From Paraspadella gotoi (taxonomy: Eukaryota; Animalia; Chaetognatha), in contig CM119271.1 in NCBI GenBank assembly GCA_051294375.1, positions 7,131,632-7,195,631 on the forward strand: DNA of 64,000 nucleotides, read 5' to 3'. The notes below the pieces were generated by a model, which was not told where the DNA came from, ran no database searches, and worked only from the letters and a program-made list of their open reading frames with translations. Shown in pieces: positions 38,818 through 51,779 of the stretch (its first letter is position 1; each line of letters begins with the position of its first letter). Made by a program: the position numbers and the translations under genes.

Positions 38818-39131
38818 GTTTCAAATCACATCATCCGTAACGTTGTTTTATAAATTCATTTGGTATATTGAAACTTTGGGGAGAATGAGAGAGAGAGAGT
38901 AATTTAAAATAATTTATATAAAACAATTTATAGCATGATTTTAGCTATGCTTTTAAAATATCATTGCAGGAACTTATTTTCACTACTTTCATCGGTTGGC
39001 TTAGATTTATTCTCCTCCGCCTTCTGTTTAAAAAAATCTTACTCTCCATAAAGTACAGAGGTCTCTATGAGTCGCAGTCAGTAATTTTTCAATTTGCATT
39101 TGAAAAATCTATATTTGAGCAACCACATGAA

Positions 39132-39340
39132 ATGGGTCTCGTAACGAAGATCACAGCTTTATTTGCGATAGTGGGGGTCAATGTGCTGGGAAAAACCTCT
39201 TTTATTACGAACCTAGAATCATCAAATATACTGTTAAGATGTGACGCCAGTGAAGCTCCAATTTGGGAGTGGATGTCCAAAACTAAAACCATCAACATGG
39301 CCGTTGGAATAAAACAACGAAAATCATTCAAAAATGAAAG
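39132..39340 (+). CDS. Variable first exon V16
   Basis: MGLVTKITALFAIVGVNVLG...ILLRCDASEAPIWEWMSKTKTINMAVGIKQRKSFKNER; AG|GTAGAA; GTCTCTA at 39061. Confidence 0.88.
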
Positions 39341-39872
39341 GTAGAAGTAAATCAAAATAAGTAAAAATTTGAAGATTACCTGTATTAATGATGTTTAAAA
39401 TTTAGGCATTCAAAGAATAGCAAAAATATTATTTTTTGTTGTCTTCATTTTTATATATAGAGCTTTCCAATCATTTTAATTTTAAAATGACGCATTCTCA
39501 ATTCAATATATTTCTTCACTGAATCTTTCTTTTCTTTGTGGATGGGTAAGTTTCACCATGACTACGACTACATCAGAAAGCAGGAAGAGAGCGAGAGATA
39601 AAGAAGGAAAGAAAAGGAGAGAAAGGAAGAGAGAGAGAGGGAGAGAGAGAGAAAGAGACAGACTGACTGTCTTTAATCTGGTCTCTGGAACGTATTTGAT
39701 TTACCTCCTGATTGTATCATTTTTAATTGAGCTTAAGGTGCAGATAAATGAACATTGTTCGTTTATTCCTGTGCTGACGCTCGCTTGGCGTCTCTAGTTG
39801 TATAGTTCTACTAAAACCATCGCATTTTCTCTTAATTGTTGTAAAATGAGGTTTTTGTAATAAAAATTGAAA

Positions 39873-40093
39873 ATGCGTCTTCTTCTTAACGTAATACTTT
39901 TGTACAACGTCATTCTGGGAGCTTATTCTATTCCAAAGAAAGAATATACCACAGCTTATCGCGGAAATGATTTCTCTATCAATTGTGCCTCCGTTGGTCA
40001 AATGGTTGTGTGGATTTGGTACGGACGTTCGAGCGAAATCGCGAAAACCATTGCAATAGGGACGAAAGCGCACAAGCAACTCAATGATAACAG
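39873..40093 (+). CDS. Variable first exon V17
   Basis: MRLLLNVILLYNVILGAYS...FSINCASVGQMVVWIWYGRSSEIAKTIAIGTKAHKQLNDNR; AG|GTTTCA; GTCTCTA at 39790. Confidence 0.88.
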
Positions 40094-40194
40094 GTTTCAT
40101 CTAATTTTAGAATTTCTTCTCGAGTATTAAAAATGCTATTTTAATTTTTAAAAATGTGCATACTGAGATACAAGGCATAAAGAGAGAGAGAGAC

Positions 40195-40247
<53 letters not shown>

Positions 40248-40440
40248 AAAAGAAAAAAAAACAAAACAACTGACTAGACTAAAGTAAAAACGTGGCGTGA
40301 TAAAATTTATCTATTTGGAGTATTAGAAATGTTCTTGCGCTCGAATTAACCTTTTATTTTGTTCTGACTTCGAATGAGGTCTCTACTGGTTTAAATCATA
40401 ACCCTTTGACGAAATTTCTTCCGACAAATAGTCAGCGACA

Positions 40441-40652
40441 ATGAAGATTCTTTACTTTTTCGTCTTGTCGCTGTTTTACTTGATTAAATATGGCTACGCT
40501 TCAAACTATTTTGTGGTAATGGCAAATAATAAAACGACTTTTGCCTGTAAATCAAACGCTTTACCGTTTTGGGGTTGGTATGGAAAATCGGGTGGTGCAG
40601 TAAAAGTGCTCGCCCACGGCGCCACTCGCCACGTCAGGTTCAAAGACGAAAG
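40441..40652 (+). CDS. Variable first exon V18
   Basis: MKILYFFVLSLFYLIKYGYA...TTFACKSNALPFWGWYGKSGGAVKVLAHGATRHVRFKDER; AG|GTCAGT; GTCTCTA at 40379. Confidence 0.88.
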
Positions 40653-41131
40653 GTCAGTAAATTCAAGTTAGTTTCCAATTAGACGTACTAAATGTATAGA
40701 TTATCTTGCAAAAATAAATATCTTTACACAAGGAAAAGAAAGTTTATAACACGAAAAAAAGCTGAAAAATATATCACAACGGCCAATTTTGATTCACAAT
40801 TTAAAATAATAATGTTTATTAAAATTTAAATTAACATCCTATTAAGTATTTTTATTATCCCATTAATTCTTAATCTCGATGAATTTTGGTCATAACAATA
40901 TATGCGCGTTCGTCGTTTCTTTTTCTTCAACCTGCTTTGGATTTCCGAAGCGAGATGTCTTTAGTGGTCGTCTTCAACCAAATTCAGAGATACAGTTTAC
41001 TCAAGCTTCGTGTTGCCACTATTTCTCTCAGCCATCACTCCCCGTTCTCAACAAAAGACAGAATTAATAAAACAACTGTCGCCTTGAGATCAAAACCTAG
41101 CTTTATGGCTACAAAGTTATTTTCAACAACA

Positions 41132-41361
41132 ATGTCAGATTTCTTCTTTCTTTATCTTATCGTCATTCTCGTGTCGGCGCTTATCTCTTCGTCAGATGGA
41201 TATAACGCCGGTTCCATCGACGGTAAAACTTCCTTCGCCGGCGCTGATCTCGCCTTCACTTGCGAGACTTCCATTCCCCCCATTTGGGAATGGAACGGAC
41301 GGAGCGGCGTTAGAAATCTTGCCGTTGGAGACGCCAAGCACGGCAAGCTTGTCGATGAGAG
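41132..41361 (+). CDS. Variable first exon V19
   Basis: MSDFFFLYLIVILVSALISS...LAFTCETSIPPIWEWNGRSGVRNLAVGDAKHGKLVDER; AG|GTGCTT; motif GATGTCTTTAGTGG at 40954. Confidence 0.86.
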
Positions 41362-41627
41362 GTGCTTGGGAAGCGATCTAATATTTGAACCGAATTATTT
41401 TCCTCGTTTATTAACTTAAGTGTATTTCCATTAAGAGCTTGCATTTAGTGGAATAAAAAATATCTAAAATTTTTAACGCTATACATACATAAAATGAAGT
41501 GTTGCTCTTTTCTTGGAATCCAACAACCTCCTAAAGACGTCTCTAATGGTTCTCGTCACGTTATCCATTCTAAGATATTCCCTCATGAATAAATGACATG
41601 ATAAATAAAGAAAGGTGACGACGCGAA

Positions 41628-41842
41628 ATGGCCAGATTCGCGCTTATTCCATTATCTTTTCTTTATATTTCACACTTGGTCTGTGGAAAAGACATCGATC
41701 AAAATATCGTCTCCGCAATTCGTTCAAACGTGAAATTCCCATGCACTTCCACGTACTCGCCGATTTGGACTTGGTTTCGGGATCGGGAGGTTCTCAATCT
41801 GGCGATTGGGGCGGTAAAGCAGAAAAAGTTTAAAAACGCGAG
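41628..41842 (+). CDS. Variable first exon V20
   Basis: MARFALIPLSFLYISHLVCG...VKFPCTSTYSPIWTWFRDREVLNLAIGAVKQKKFKNAR; AG|GTAATT; GTCTCTA at 41539. Confidence 0.88.
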
Positions 41843-42192
41843 GTAATTCAAATATATTCTTTTAAATGGTTAGTACAGATCTCAAAAAAAACATCAATAA
41901 AGGAAAAAACCAATAAGAAGGTAAGAACATTCTTTTTCTCACCTGACGTGCGGAGATTACGTTATGGAGTAACGAAAATTAATATCATTTTTGATAAAAG
42001 TGGAACTTTACTTACGAGGCAGCTTATAGTTTGAGCAGATTTCGTTTTCCGTGTGTTGAATGTTGTTTTAATGTGCAATAATAAAAGCGTCTGAGGTCGC
42101 TAGTGGTTTTACTCCTATCCTTTCGCAACATTTATTTTTGCTTGGCACTATTAATTTTCCGAAAAGCGGTTCTTCTTTACTTTTTAATCAAA

Positions 42193-42398
42193 ATGCTTAT
42201 AAAGTTGGCTATTTTCACTATCGTTTGGCTCTTCATTAAATTTTCTTCCGCTGTGGAGTTTTTCACTGTTTTTGAAGAGGAATCCATTAAGTTCTCCTGT
42301 AAATCAAAGACGACGACTGTGTGGGGACTGCAGCATAAGACGTCGCATACCAATCTTGCTGTTGGCGATGAGAGGTTGTCTCAGTTTAAGAATTTAAG
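42193..42398 (+). CDS. Variable first exon V21
   Basis: MLIKLAIFTIVWLFIKFSSA...IKFSCKSKTTTVWGLQHKTSHTNLAVGDERLSQFKNLR; AG|GTAAAT; motif GAGGTCGCTAGTGG at 42093. Confidence 0.88.
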
Positions 42399-42759
42399 GT
42401 AAATATAGTAAATCTCTTTGACTTGGGATTTTCTTTTTAGCTTTACTGTAATTCAATATTAAGTAATTTAAACTAAATTTACTGTTTCATCAATATATGA
42501 GTTAAGGGATCAAATTGTTTTCTAATACGATTTTAGAATATTAACTCTTATACAGAATAAACATTTAAAATAGGGAAATGGAATACTGAAACATTCATTT
42601 TAGAAAGTTAGATTTTGGTTAATTTTGTTTGTAATCATGATAAAGGTGAAATGGTGTTTTCGTTAAGACTCGATAGGAGTCTCTTGTTGTCTTGCTCAGT
42701 CTACATTTTTCCACCTTTGTCACTATTTTACCGTTTCCAACTCCAAGCAATCTGTTAAA

Positions 42760-42983
42760 ATGAATCGATTTTTCTTTTTTCTAATTCTTTTGTTAAATAT
42801 TTTTATAAATGTGTGCTCAACTTTTGTGGAAGGATACACAACAACTTTTATTGGGAGTAGTTTTTCAATTGATTGCTCTTCTTTGGTTCAAGTACCTGTG
42901 TGGATTTGGTACGGAAAACTGAGCACCACTGCGAAAGTTGTTGCAACAGGCATTAATCCACATAAACGACTAAATGACAACAG
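42760..42983 (+). CDS. Variable first exon V22
   Basis: MNRFFFFLILLLNIFINVCS...FSIDCSSLVQVPVWIWYGKLSTTAKVVATGINPHKRLNDNR; AG|GTTTAG; GTCTCTT at 42679. Confidence 0.88.
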
Positions 42984-43658
42984 GTTTAGTTGAATTCAAA
43001 TATTTTACTTAATGTTTTATTATTGACATGTATTTAAAGTTCCATATGTAAATAAATATATTTTGTTATAATATGAAAAAATGCGGGACAAATTATTTTG
43101 AACGTATTTTAGCCATCAGAAATAAGGTACGTATTCAAATACTGATTTTCTGTTCAAAAAATGTTTTCTTTGAGATCTAGAGGGTAAAAGTCAAGTTCAT
43201 TCAAAGGGCAAAAAGGAGCTTCTTACACTTAAAATGTATTTTATTTTTGTAACGATTTTATTGTTTTCTTGGACCTGGAATTTTGTCGTTTATTGAATTA
43301 GAGGAAAATGGAATCTTACCCCCTTCTCAAGAAAATTCGGCTTTAAAAATTAAAATGAATTTCTGATAATATAAAAATATCAATGGGGATCAAGCAACGA
43401 ACTTCATTAAAAAAAAAGGTTGGATCTAGATAAATAGGAAGCATTTTAAACATTTTAATCAATGAACAACGTTGGTTAAAAAAACATGTTTTTTTCTAAC
43501 TTTTATGTCGTTGACTTCTGTCTCTTTTATTTTCGATGATCCATCGTTAGAGAGAATCATTTGTTTTGTTCGACTTTTCGAGAACGTTTGTCGTCTCTAG
43601 TAGTATTGTTCGTGCTATTGTTATCTTTAAAACCATAAAAAAGAAAATTTTGACAAAA

Positions 43659-43861
43659 ATGTTAGCTTTATTGCTACTGTTTTCCACCGTTCAAGCGGCT
43701 ACCAAAGAATTTTATCATACAGCTTTTACTGGAAACGATTTTTCAGTAGATTGCAGTTCTTTGAGTCAGATGGCCATTTGGAGTTGGTACGGAAAATCCA
43801 GCACCGTTGGTAAAATTCTTTCAGCTGGGACGACGCCGCAAAAAAGGCTGCAGGATAGTAG
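43659..43861 (+). CDS. Variable first exon V23
   Basis: MLALLLLFSTVQA...FSVDCSSLSQMAIWSWYGKSSTVGKILSAGTTPQKRLQDSR; AG|GTATAT; GTCTCTA at 43593. Confidence 0.88.
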
Positions 43862-44420
43862 GTATATTGTACTCGTACATTTAGTACACATTTAGTACAA
43901 GTTTTTGTTTGAATGAAGAAAGGATATGGTATTGTATTTTTTAAGGTTCATTGTGCTTTTGCTGTTTGATATCAGTTACAATCATGTCACTTGTGGCATG
44001 TACAGTTGAGTGTTATTTTTTGATGAAGGTTCTTGTTAATTTTTTGAATTGCTTACGTCTCCTCTCTAGAAAAAGTGACATTTAATTGCTTTAAAGTCGT
44101 CAAATGCTGTAGTAAAATACTGTTTATTTTCATAATGAGAATAGTGGTGCATATATTTTTTTGTTTGTGTACTGCTACGCCATTGTGAAAATAAACATTT
44201 AATGATTTATATTATTATTAATGTGAATGTCAGTGAGACAGTAGTTATTATTCTTTTAAGAAATGTGGGTGAATTTTCATGCAACATGACTTTTATGCCT
44301 ACATGCCTTTTATTTACACTTTTTGTGAGGCCCCAAAGGCGGCTCTACTTCCCATGTTCTCTATATAGATGACAGTTTCTCAAGCTATTTAGGCCTTCAT
44401 TCCGTTGAGGCGTTGACAAA

Positions 44421-44635
44421 ATGTTTTCGATTATTTTTGGAATTTCTTTCATTTTAATTGCAAGAAAAGCCAATGGAGAAGTTAACGATATTTTCGTGGT
44501 TTTAACTCGCGAAACTGTTAGTTTTTCTTGTTCGTCGATGGGCATTCCCATTTGGAGTTGGGATGGAAAATCCACAGCAAGAATTAAAATGTTGGCGACC
44601 GGAGCATTGAGACACACCAGCTTTAAAGATATCAG
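44421..44635 (+). CDS. Variable first exon V24
   Basis: MFSIIFGISFILIARKANG...VSFSCSSMGIPIWSWDGKSTARIKMLATGALRHTSFKDIR; AG|GTTTGA. Confidence 0.87.
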
Positions 44636-44895
44636 GTTTGATGGAAAACGAAAATAAAATAAAGCCTTTAACCTCTTGATTGGGCATTTGCCCAATGCCC
44701 AATGGACAAATGTGGTCAAAAAGTGAATAATTGGAAAAAAATTGTTTTACTTATTCGTGGCAAATATCTGTTTAATTAAATTTCGTGGTATTTGTCTTTT
44801 TGCTAAAGTGTAATTCATTTTTATTACCGTTTGGTGTCGCTATGAGTATCGGTCAGTTCGAGAGTTTGCTTGTTATTATAGTTCTTTTATTAAAA

Positions 44896-45104
44896 ATGGA
44901 GAAACGTTTTGTGTTTCTGCCTTTATTCGTGATAATAAAAACCGTTTGTAGTCATAACTATGTTGCCACATTGAGGCACAATTCAAGTTCTTTCTCTTGT
45001 AAAACAAACGGATTTCCAATATGGAGTTGGTATGAAAAATCCAGTCTTACTGCTAAAATGCTTGCAACCGGCACGAATCCACACATCCAATTTAAAGATG
45101 AAAG
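44896..45104 (+). CDS. Variable first exon V25
   Basis: MEKRFVFLPLFVIIKTVCS...SSFSCKTNGFPIWSWYEKSSLTAKMLATGTNPHIQFKDER; AG|GTAATC; GTCGCTA at 44836. Confidence 0.88.
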
Positions 45105-45337
45105 GTAATCTAAAGATCATTGCAACAACTAATCTTATTTGCTATTCGCTAAAAATTTTATAAAATGTTTTTTGAAACTTTCATAAATTAAGAATGAAAA
45201 ATAAAAGATGCTATTTACTGGGTATTATTCTAAAAGAAAGCGGGCCTTCTGTTTCTTTTGAGAAATTTTTACATAACAAGAGGTCTCTATTCGTTCCACT
45301 CATGCCCAACGTCAAGTTATCCTTAAATTCGACGAAA

Positions 45338-45564
45338 ATGTACAGTTTAATAAATGCCATCACAATTTGTTTAAGTGTAACGAAAATTTCGTTTGGTTTC
45401 ATCAAACTGACGGATGAAGCTTATTTTAAAACTGTATTAAAGGCAAATAACGCATTGCTTCAATGTGAAGCTAAAGAGGCCCCAATATGGACGTGGCATT
45501 CTAAATCTGAAACCTTCAATATGGCTGTTGGTTTAAAGAAGCGGGCCTCATTCACTAATGAAAG
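45338..45564 (+). CDS. Variable first exon V26
   Basis: MYSLINAITICLSVTKISFG...ALLQCEAKEAPIWTWHSKSETFNMAVGLKKRASFTNER; AG|GTTTGT; GTCTCTA at 45283. Confidence 0.87.
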
Positions 45565-45828
45565 GTTTGTGGGTCATCGAAATTATGATTCAGAATCATG
45601 ATATGATCTCAGGATTGTGAAATAGTTTAGTGATTTTCAGAATAAGAGAAACCCTTATAAAAAGTTCGCATCGTTCCGATGGTATCATGATCACTATAAA
45701 AATGGACTTTTGCAATTACTTGTAAATGTTACGACAATCAAATTGCTCTTTTTTGCCTTTTTTGCAAGCCGTAAGGTAGTCGTCTCTAGTTGTTCATGTC
45801 ACAGGGCTAAGCGTTTTCTCTGCTCAAA

Positions 45829-46056
45829 ATGAAGATGTTGAAAAAAATTATTTTATTGATTTATATCTTATTAACATTTCGTATGCACAACTTAGCAATA
45901 GGAAAACCTATCATTTTATTTGAGACCTCTGCAATTAACTCCGCAATTGGCCTAAACTGTAGCTCTTCTTATGAGCCTTTTTGGACTTGGCTTCGTGATG
46001 GGAATATAAAATATTTGGCAGTCGGAACCAAAAAGCAAAAAAGCTAACGATTCCAG
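45829..46056 (+). pseudogene. Variable exon V27 (frameshift near the 3' A-run as assembled; noisy second copy at ~47091-47314)
   Basis: MKMLKKIILLIYILLTF...IGLNCSSSYEPFWTWLRDGNIKYLAVGTKKQK..DSR; AG|GTATCA; GTCTCTA at 45782. Confidence 0.8.
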
Positions 46057-46791
46057 GTATCATAAAATGAAATAACAGATAGTTATTGATTCAGGGACAA
46101 GCTCTAGTTTGGAATGAATTTATTTAGTTTGATAATTTTTTTATAACCTTTCTTTTTCTATGTGACATGGGACATATAAAATTATCAAAGATATGGTGAA
46201 ATATATTGATATTAGATACTTGTATAATAATTTCTCAAGCAACTATAAAATAATAGGGACACTGTTTTAAAAATTTTTATATACTTTCACTTTTCACACT
46301 AATTTTCGTAAGATAATTTGTTATTTCCATTTTGATTATGCAATACTTGGTAACTTCTATAAAAAATATAATCTATTAGATTTAGATTTAGATTTAGGCG
46401 AATTATCACAGGTCTCTCTCTCTCTCTCTTTCTCCGAACCGGTCTTTCCCAACGGTCACTTTGCCCTAGCTTTGCCACTGACCTTAGAATGACCGGGCAC
46501 AGTAATAGGACCTCGTTTTCGTCTTCTACAAGATGTTCTTTTCTAAAGACAAATAATAAAAACATCGACAGAGGTCTCTAGCAGCATTCTTCAGGATAAG
46601 ATGCGTTTCGCTGATTCGGTCTTTACTTTAGATATTTGAAAATCAAAATGGGAAAATTTTCGTTCATTCTTTTCTTATCGTTACTCATTAACTTTACAAA
46701 ATGTAGCAAAACCGAAACAGTTCACATTGCTTTTAAATCCGGACCTACATCTCTGACATGTCGTTCTAAAGCAGTCCCAGAGAGAGAATGG

Positions 46792-48003
46792 GGCGGGCCT
46801 CATTCACTAATGAAAGGTTTGTGGTCATCGAAATTATGATTCAGAATCATGATATGAAACCTCAGGGTTGTGAAATAGTTTAGTGATTTTCAGAATAAGA
46901 AGAAACCCTTATAAAAAGTTCGCATCGTCCGATCGTATCATGACATTGATTCGCTGATAAAATGGATTTTTGTCAATTACTTGTAAATGTTACGACATCA
47001 AATTGCTCTTTTTTGCCTTTTTTGCAAAGCCGTAAGGTAGTCGTCTCTAGTTGTTCATGTCACAGGGCTAAGCGTTATTCTCTGCTCAAAATGAAGATGT
47101 TGAAAAAAATTATTTATTAATTTATATCTTATTAACATTTCGTATGCACAACTTAGCAATAGGAAAACCTATCATTTATTTGAGACCTCTGCAATTAACT
47201 CCGCAATGGCCTAAACTGTAGCTCTCTTATGAGCCTTTTTTGGACTTGGCTTCGTGATGGGAATATAAAATATTTGGCAGTCGGAACCAAAGGCAAAAAG
47301 CTAACTGATTCCAGGTATCATAAAAATGAAGGAGACTGAAACAAGCTCTAGTGTTGGAATGAATTATTTAGTTTGATAATTTTTTTATAATTTTTTCTTT
47401 CTATGTGACATGGGCCATATAAAATTATCAAAAGATATGGTGAAATTATTGATATTAGATACTTGTATAATAATTCTCAAGCAACTATAAATAATAGGGA
47501 CACTGTTTTAAAAATTTTATACTTTCACTTTTCACACTAATTTTTCGTAAGATAATTTATTTCCATTTTGATTATGCAATACTTGGTAACTTCTATAAAA
47601 AGTATAATCTATTAGATTTAGATATTAGGCGACTTATCACAGGTCTCTCTCTCTCTCTCTTCTCTCTCCGAACCGGTCTTTCCCAACGGTCACTTTCCTA
47701 GATTTGCCAATGACCTTAGAATGACCGGCGCACAGTAATAGGACCTCATTTTCGTCTCTACAAGATGTTCTTTTCTAAATAGATAAAAACATCGACAGAG
47801 GTCTCTCAGCATTCTTCAGGATAAGATGCGTTTGCTGATTCGGTCTTTACTTTAGATTATTGAAAAATCAAAAATGGGAAAATTTTCGTTCATTCTTTTC
47901 TTATCGTTACTCATTAACTTTACAAAATGTAGCAAAACCGAACAGTTCACATTGCTTTTAAATCCGGACCTACATCTCTGACATGTCGTTCTAAAGCAGT
48001 CCC
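46792..48003 (+). repeat. Indel-rich tandem copy of 45541-46778 (likely assembly redundancy); 49125-49620 likewise repeats ~47995-48480
   Basis: The sequence jumps back to gcgggcctcattcactaatgaaagg in the middle of V28 at ~46779-46792. Confidence 0.8.
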
Positions 48004-48091
48004 TGTTGTGGAGTTGGGTTGGGCGTAATCCACAGGTTTAAAGGCTTGGCGGTTGGCGATCGAAAGCATTCTCGTTTTGCTGGACTCGAAG
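47874..48091 (+). pseudogene. Variable exon V28 (reconstructed from partial copies at 46648-46778, 47874-48091 and 49133-49221)
   Basis: MGKFSFILFLSLLINFTKCS...TSLTCRSKAVPMWSWVGRNPQDLKSLAVGDRKHSRFADS(R); AG|GTAGAA; GTCTCTA at 46574; paralog of V30. Confidence 0.78.
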
Positions 48092-48494
48092 GTAGAACTT
48101 ATCAATCATATTTAATTTTTTCTTCTTGTAAAAAATATCGCAATCTAAGTTTTGCTGTCTTTAAATATTCAGCTTACCAAAATTAACCTCCAATATACTG
48201 TTTATACGTGTACTTCTTTCATAAATTGGGTTTACTTCAGTTGTGTATTGGCCCTCCCCAAAAAAACCCAAAAATTATTTTGATGTAATCTAAATAAAAA
48301 TATAATTTTAAAGCCTTATTTACAAAAAACATCTTGGATTGAGTTAAATAAAGCTTTCTTAATGCCGTGTTTTAACCCAATAAAGAAAATAATATTGCTC
48401 TTTTCTTGTAATTTTCACCGTTCTGGTTTGTCGTCTCTACTTGTTTATGTCATGAGGCAAAATTTATAATGCTTAAGCTTTGATGGAAGCAAAA

Positions 48495-48725
48495 ATGGGG
48501 AAATATCCGATTCTCAGTCATTCTTGTTCTAACTACTCAAATTGTTATTTAGCGCTGGGCCTGGTGAAAATAAACTAATACAAAAAATCACCGCGACTCG
48601 CTCGCGACCGCAGTAATAAAGTGGTAATTCCGCCTAATGCTCCTATTTGGACTTGGTTACGAGATGGAAGAATCAAAAGTAATGGCAGTTGGGTCAACTA
48701 AACATAAGACGTTTCAAGATTCCAG
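48495..48725 (+). pseudogene. Variable exon V29 (noisy sequence)
   Basis: ...APIWTWLRDGRIK.MAVGSTKHKTFQDSR; AG|GTAGAA; GTCTCTA at 48433. Confidence 0.68.
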
Positions 48726-51039
48726 GTAGAAAAATTTTAAACTGATGTTAGAGGAGACATGTCTTCCTATATGTGTTCTATCTCGACATACACCTTTCAC
48801 TAGGGTGAGTCATATGCCAAAAGTATGTTGGATCGCAAAAAACATCTAAACAAAACGGGTGGGCCTAAAAAAAATAGGTTTCGCACTAATCGCTACTCAA
48901 ATTGATTGATTGATTGATCCAGCGCTTGAAGGATTTTTGGCAGCACCTTTTCACATCATTTAACAGTGTTAAAATATAAAATATTTTATTGTCCCAACCT
49001 TATTTATCAGTTTAAAGAAATATATTAGGTTATATTCATGTCAAATTTCAAGACAAACTACATCAAATAGCTTTACAACATCATCAGCAATCTGCTGGAN
49101 NNNNNNNNNNNNNNNNNNNNNNNNAGCATGTTCCCTATGTGGGAGTTGGTTGGCGTAATCCACAGGATTTAAAAAGCTTGCGGTTGGCGATCGAAAGCAT
49201 TCTCGTTTTGCTGACTCGAAGGTAGAACTTATCAATCATATTTAATTTTTTCTTCTTTGTAAAAAATATCGCAATCTAAGTTTTGCTGTCTTTAAATATT
49301 CAGCTTACCAAAATTAACTCCCAACATATACACTGTTTATACGTGTACTTCTTTCATAAATTGGGTTTACTTCAGTTTGTGTATTGGCCCTCCCCCCAAA
49401 AAAACCCAAAAATTATTTTGATGTAATCTAAATAAAATATAAATTTTAAAGGCCTTATTTACAAAAAACATCTTGGATTGAGATTTAAATAAAGCTTTCT
49501 TAATGCCGTGTTTTAACCCAATAAAGAAAATAATATTGCTCTTTTCTTGTAATTTTCACCGTTCTGGTTTGTCGTCTCTACTTGTTTATGTCATGAGCAA
49601 AATTATAATGCATTAAGCTTTTCATCGAAGCCGTTGGATCATAACAAGGAAACGAATCCGACTTTTATCGAATCAAACCGGATCGGAGACTCGGATGAAA
49701 TCAACCAAGAACTCACTGATTTGGATGAATCCCTCACCTCCGGAACTCGACCAAATTGAGACCCAGAAGGGCTTCATGCCATCGGGAAGATGAACCCATG
49801 TCGCTGATCCGAGGGCTCTGTATTAAATATGACCAATTCCTGTATTGATTTCCAATCTGCCTTAAACTCTCACACCGGTTCTTTGCTTGCTGAAATAATT
49901 TGTTAAATAAATTCCACCCTCGGTATTTCATGTTTAGAGAAATCCCTGTCTACTTATTTACAATGGTGGTGTCACAAGTGGATTCGACAAACCCACGACC
50001 ACTGCCGAAGAAAAGAAAGCCTTACCGCCTACAATAACAACACCAAAAATCACGCGAACTCAAGAGCCTATGACCTTCGCCCGCTCGAGCAGAAAGAAAC
50101 ACTCAACGGCTCCGGCCAAAAGGCACCCTCCCAGGCACCACTCTGCAGCGCGGAGCCTCCACCGAAAGCGAAAGGCAAAACCTCCAGTAGCATCACCTAG
50201 ACTTCCACACTTTACGAAGCACAGGCGGGCGTTGCAGAGACCAAATGCCTAAAAGCGCAAGATCAACCAACCGGCGGATGCGTCAGACAAATTTTGAAAA
50301 CTTCTAGTAAAACGACAACCAAATCTAAAAAACAACAACAAAATTAGTCAACCACTGTGACACTCAGCCCGAATCGACGAAAAGTGAAACTAGGATAAAC
50401 GTTATTTGCGTTTGGATCAAAACAGAAATGCAACTAGGATCCAAACTGGGTGAACTCCATCAAATGATGAAAGAGATGATGAAGGAACCCGTGACATGGC
50501 GAAAGAACAACAGAGGGACCATCCGGAGAAAAACAGCAAGCCAAACCGTCAACTCACGCCTAGTGGAACATTGCCCAAAACCCCTTCCATACCCAAAAAT
50601 CAGGAAAATCTACCCCAAACACTCAGCGCATCCTCGCCGGACAACAATTAAACCCCAGCAACCCGTATATGGAGGTAGAAGCCATTATATTGAAGTTTTT
50701 ATCTTTTGAGTTGGGGGAGTAGCACAAAGTGTTTTTACATAGTTTTATTCACTTCGAAAAAAATTTCATTTGAGACACAGAACAATACTTGATGTGTTGT
50801 TGTTGTTCGTAAATTTGTTTTCTTAGTTTCCCGTGGCTTCTAGCAACCAACCGGTCTTCTATTTTTCTTCAACTTTATCGTTGGACCTTTTTTTTAATTT
50901 ACTATTCTGTATAAAACTGTAGATCTGTCTTTTTTTTTCTTGGTAGAGAAAAGATAACGATAGATGTCTCTGGTGGTCTTATTCAGACTGATCTACAACT
51001 TTTCTCTATCTGACAAGATTTTATTCTTGAGAGAAAATA

Positions 51040-51257
51040 ATGAATATGTTGGCTTTTATTTTATACTGCTTGGCTTTTGTTGCATTGACAAAGACGGTTC
51101 AAACAGAGACAGTTGACGTGGCTTTCGAATCGGGCATCATTGATCTAACGTGTCGTCCCAAAGTGATTCCTATGTGGAGCTGGCTTGGAAGGAATCCAAA
51201 AGATTTAAAAAGTTTGGCAGTGGGCGATCGGAAACATTCCGGTTTCGTGGATCCAAG
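51040..51257 (+). CDS. Variable first exon V30
   Basis: MNMLAFILYCLAFVALTKT...IDLTCRPKVIPMWSWLGRNPKDLKSLAVGDRKHSGFVDPR; AG|GTTATT; motif GATGTCTCTGGTGG at 50963. Confidence 0.88.
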
Positions 51258-51567
51258 GTTATTTAAAATTTATTTCAGAATATTTCCCGATGAATTAGAA
51301 TTAGAGAAATAAGCGTTATATTTTCTAATTTCAACATGTACTAAATATAACAAAATAACTGATTTCGAAAAAAAAGCGTTATTTTATCTATTTCCAACAT
51401 GTACTAAAAATAAAAAATAACTGAATTTGAGAAAAGAGCGTTATTTCATCTAATTCCAACATGTTTATCAAAAAAAATCCTTTGTTTTAATTCTGCTTCT
51501 CCCCCATAGTGAGTCTCTAGGAGGCCTAATCCAAACGAATATTTATTATGAGTTAAAAACCTTCTAA

Positions 51568-51779
51568 ATGAGCAAAATGATTGGAATGTCGTGTCTCTTT
51601 TTTCTGACTTTTATGTTTATTGAAGAAGTAACTTCAAATCATGAAGTTACTGTCATTGGGTCGTCATTCTACTTTAAGTGCTCGTCTTCTTTCGCGCCAA
51701 TTTGGAGTCATTTTCAACAGACCATTGTTAAAAATCTTGCAGTAGGACAAAGAAAACACAATAATTTTATAAATGAAAG
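51568..51779 (+). CDS. Variable first exon V31
   Basis: MSKMIGMSCLFFLTFMFI...FYFKCSSSFAPIWSHFQQTIVKNLAVGQRKHNNFINER; AG|GTATAA; GTCTCTA at 51513. Confidence 0.87.
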
